Below the pieces are notes generated by a model that had not been told where the DNA came from, did not search any database, and saw nothing but the letters and a program-made list of their open reading frames with translations. A DNA stretch of 60,453 nt, the filler included, from Basidiobolus meristosporus CBS 931.73 (taxonomy: Eukaryota; Fungi; Basidiobolomycota): assembly GCA_002104905.1 (NCBI GenBank). It is 3 parts of 3 records of this genome, joined end to end, with 100 filler letters (N's around TTAATTAATTAA, not from the genome) between each part and the next. Parts side by side here need not be neighbours in the genome. Positions count along the whole stretch, not along the records: positions 35,586 to 60,453 come from MCFE01000939.1; 2 more parts are not named here. One strand, 5' to 3'. The translations under genes were made by a program, and so were the position numbers. Positions 57,920 to 60,453 of the stretch are shown one piece after another (position 1 is the stretch's first letter; every line of letters begins with the position of its first letter).

Positions 57920-58441
57920 TTAGGGGGAGGAAAGTCACCAAGTGGTGAAATCTTTATTTACTTATGACAAGTATCTAAAGAAGCCAAGTTAATCTGAAGT
58001 ATTCCTAGAAAGCTAGGTCTGAGAGATATCTTCCTGGTAAGCCAGGTCTGAGAGTTGAGAAGCTGAGTTGTACTATATTTCCTAGTTAGCTAGGTCTGAG
58101 AGAGGTTTCCTGGAAAGCCAGGCCTGAGAAGTGAGAATCTGAATATATCTGAGCTAAGTTATACTGGTTTGCGGTAGCTGAATTGTGGCCGGAATGGCCA
58201 GTAGACTGGGGGAACTGAGATGAATTTCTGGGCAATCACTGGCCAAATTTACTAGGCAAATCTGGCCAATTAGCATTTCAAGGATTTCAGCCAATCAGAG
58301 CCTTTACTTTGCCCGATGGTTGATCAAGCCATCTCCCAATGAGCACACATCAATTTATTAATCAAATTTTGCTGGATCCAGGATTTGAACCCACAACCAT
58401 GGGTATGGAAGGGTTAGGGATAACCACAAGGCTAAGTGTTC
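57920..58441 (-). mobile_element. tRNA-headed SINE copy S3
   Basis: Near-identical to S1 and S2. Confidence 0.8.
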
Positions 58442-58445
58442 TTGG

Positions 58446-59490
58446 TTAGGGAGGGAAAGTCACCAAGGTAGGTGAAATCTTTATTTGATTTCAGACAAGT
58501 CTAACTACAAATAAAGAAGCCAGCTGGGAATAGAAGATTCCCAAAGTAAACACTAAGTTGAATATGAATAAATCTAAGCTAAAGTTAAGGCAGTATCCCA
58601 GAGTACACTGGAGTTCAGGTTCATGGGGGAGTGAAGTAGATAAGCTTGAGAGATATAATAATCTTTTAAGAAGTGGGTAACAGCAGGTGAAGGGGAGTTT
58701 TTGATAAGTGAAGTGAATCTTGAGAGCAGAGATTCCTCCAATGAGAAGGTCTTGTAAACTGGAGAATCAGGAAACTCTTTAAAGGCATGGTCAGTAGGTT
58801 GCCAGTAAAACTGGTCAGAGACATTTTGAGAGAACTCTTTGGCAATACTTTTGTCAAGTACTACCTCCAGAGTGTGATTGTTGATAAATCTCATGTTAAC
58901 AATCTTGGATAAATTGTAACCTTGTTGCTTGAGATACATCCTATGCTCAGATATAGGAATGAACTCCACATTGGCAAAGTAGCAGACAGTCCAGTCAGTA
59001 GCAGGAGGTAAATCAGAAGTGGCAGGAAACTTTCTTTTAGTCTTGGGAGGAGCATCAGGATGTCTTGAGGAAGCAGGAACAGGCTTTTTGACAGCTTCAG
59101 AGTAGGAAGAGTGAGCAGGAGCAGATGATTCTTGGGGAGTCTTGTTGACAGGAAGAGCTGGCAGAGAGACAATAGATTCTTGCAGATCAGAGAAGGCAGA
59201 AACAGCTTTTGACTTGTTTCTTGAGTAAAGCATTTTCAGCTTCAACAAGTGCAAGCCTTTCCTCAAGGAAGGAAATCTGAAGGGAATGGAGTGAAGGCAT
59301 AAGAAATAAGAAGAAGAGGGTAAGATGGGGTGGGTGGGTGGGAAAATTAGCAGGGAGAAGAGAAGGAAGGAGCAAAAATTCCAGAAGTCAGAATTTATAG
59401 ATGGATGGACAAGGGTAGATGGATGGATTATTCCTGGGTTAGGAAAATTAGCAGGGAGAAGAGAAGGAGCAATTCAGAGTCAGATTATAG
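58446..59490 (-). mobile_element. ORF1-only non-autonomous non-LTR element (~1.05 kb)
   Basis: Pyrimidine-rich 5' UTR, ORF1, ~130-bp 3' UTR with the shared terminus; no ORF2. Confidence 0.8.
58574..59300 (-). pseudogene. LINE ORF1 (Gag-like) protein, ~240 aa, one frameshift near 59210
   Basis: MPSLHSLQISFLEERLALVEAENALLKKQV (coiled coil), SYSEAVKK, VCYFANVEFIPISEHR..L..QGYNLSKIVNMRFI. Confidence 0.75.
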
Positions 59491-60453
59491 GGTTAGGGGG
59501 AGGGAAAGTCACCAAGTTGGTGAAATCTTTATTTGAGTTAAGAACTAATCTAAGTACAAATAAAGAAGCCAATTAAGAGGTCTAGAACCTCTCTAATAAG
59601 TAATCTAATTTATGTTTTGTTTCATCTCTAATGTTTGTTTCAATAAAGTAAAGCTCATCAGGGGTAAATATAAAATTCAAGGGGTTTTGGGGGAAGTACA
59701 AATTGTAGATGTTTCTGATCAATATAATCCAAGACTGGAACCCAGCCTGGGATTAGGTGTAGTAGGAAAGGTGTGTGGACTTGTAAGTAGCTCTGCCACA
59801 TAGATCTTAGTATGGCCTGAGCCAGTAGTCTTGGTTTCTCAGCTTTTTGAAGTTTTGAAGCAAGCTCTGTTACTACAGCAGAGCCAACCAGGGTGTGCCA
59901 GCAAGAAGATTTCAGGGAGGAGTTAGATTGAAGCCATTGTTTGATGGAGGGGTTATGTGATTTCTGAAGTTTGACTAGGAAGGAAGTACACGGAGATAGA
60001 TCATTTCGGATTTGGTATGGGTAGAACCCAAAGGCTCCATTAGTTGCATGGATATAGGGAGATACTGGAAGATAAGGTACCAAGGATCTGATACACTGAT
60101 GGAGAAATTTATCCAGGCGGTGAAGTTCTCTGGAGGTTAGGGGTATAATGTGGAGACCAAATTCAAGTACTGGCAGTACATACTGCTTCAGAAGTATAGG
60201 GATCTTTTGAATTGGAGTGTCTGGAGTGACTACTACCAGAAGCTTTTTGAGAGCCTGTTGGGCAAGACGGATCCTATTATTCAGGTGGAGCTTTGAGTCA
60301 ATCCCATGTTGACAAAATGGCAGACCTAGATATATTGCAGTTTGTTGTGGCAGAATGCTAGTGTTCTGTATAGTTGTAGTGCATCCAATTGGGACTGTCT
60401 TGGAAATTGAGAGTGAGAGGTTGTTGGCAGCCAAGTACTTCTCAATGATGGCA
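59488..60453 (-). mobile_element. LINE-C: 3' part of a diverged paralogue of LINE-A, running off the window
   Basis: ORF 59658-60434 aligns with the LINE-A RT C-terminus (YLGLPF, RIRLAQQALKKLL, PVLEFGL, GAFGF); shared 3' terminus joined to TAGGGTTAGGGGG. Confidence 0.9.

Overview
Eukaryotic, most likely fungal, heterochromatic or subtelomeric DNA. Fungal origin is inferred from fungal-type Ubr1, CACTA and Gypsy motifs; an early-diverging lineage is plausible but unproven. Most of the window is nested, decaying, strongly CpG-depleted transposons: two Ty1/Copia families (369-bp and ~347-bp LTRs, half-tRNA-iMet PBS), a Ty3/Gypsy family (~1.07-kb LTR, tRNA-Lys PBS), a CCC-terminated CACTA/EnSpm family with a divergent second ORF plus its ~300-bp MITEs, and a PHIS (PIF/Harbinger-ISL2EU-like) family with one full-length copy (15-bp TIR, ATT TSD, intact DDE ORF). 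CpG-rich host islands at 35.6-42 kb and 51-53 kb hold a CAP/SCP secreted protein, a Cys/Thr-rich protein, a UBR1-like pseudogene apparently lacking the UBR box, and an HXXXD acyltransferase. The most striking system is the last 7 kb (53527-60453): a polarised head-to-tail array of eight non-LTR 3' ends, each joined through TTAGGG-like sequence with no poly(A). It contains APE-RT LINEs, an ORF1-only element and a tRNA-headed SINE that share one 3' terminus, resembling a HeT-A/TART-like telomere-primed retroelement system. Two 100-bp assembly gaps (20672-20771, 35486-35585) make adjacency across them uncertain.
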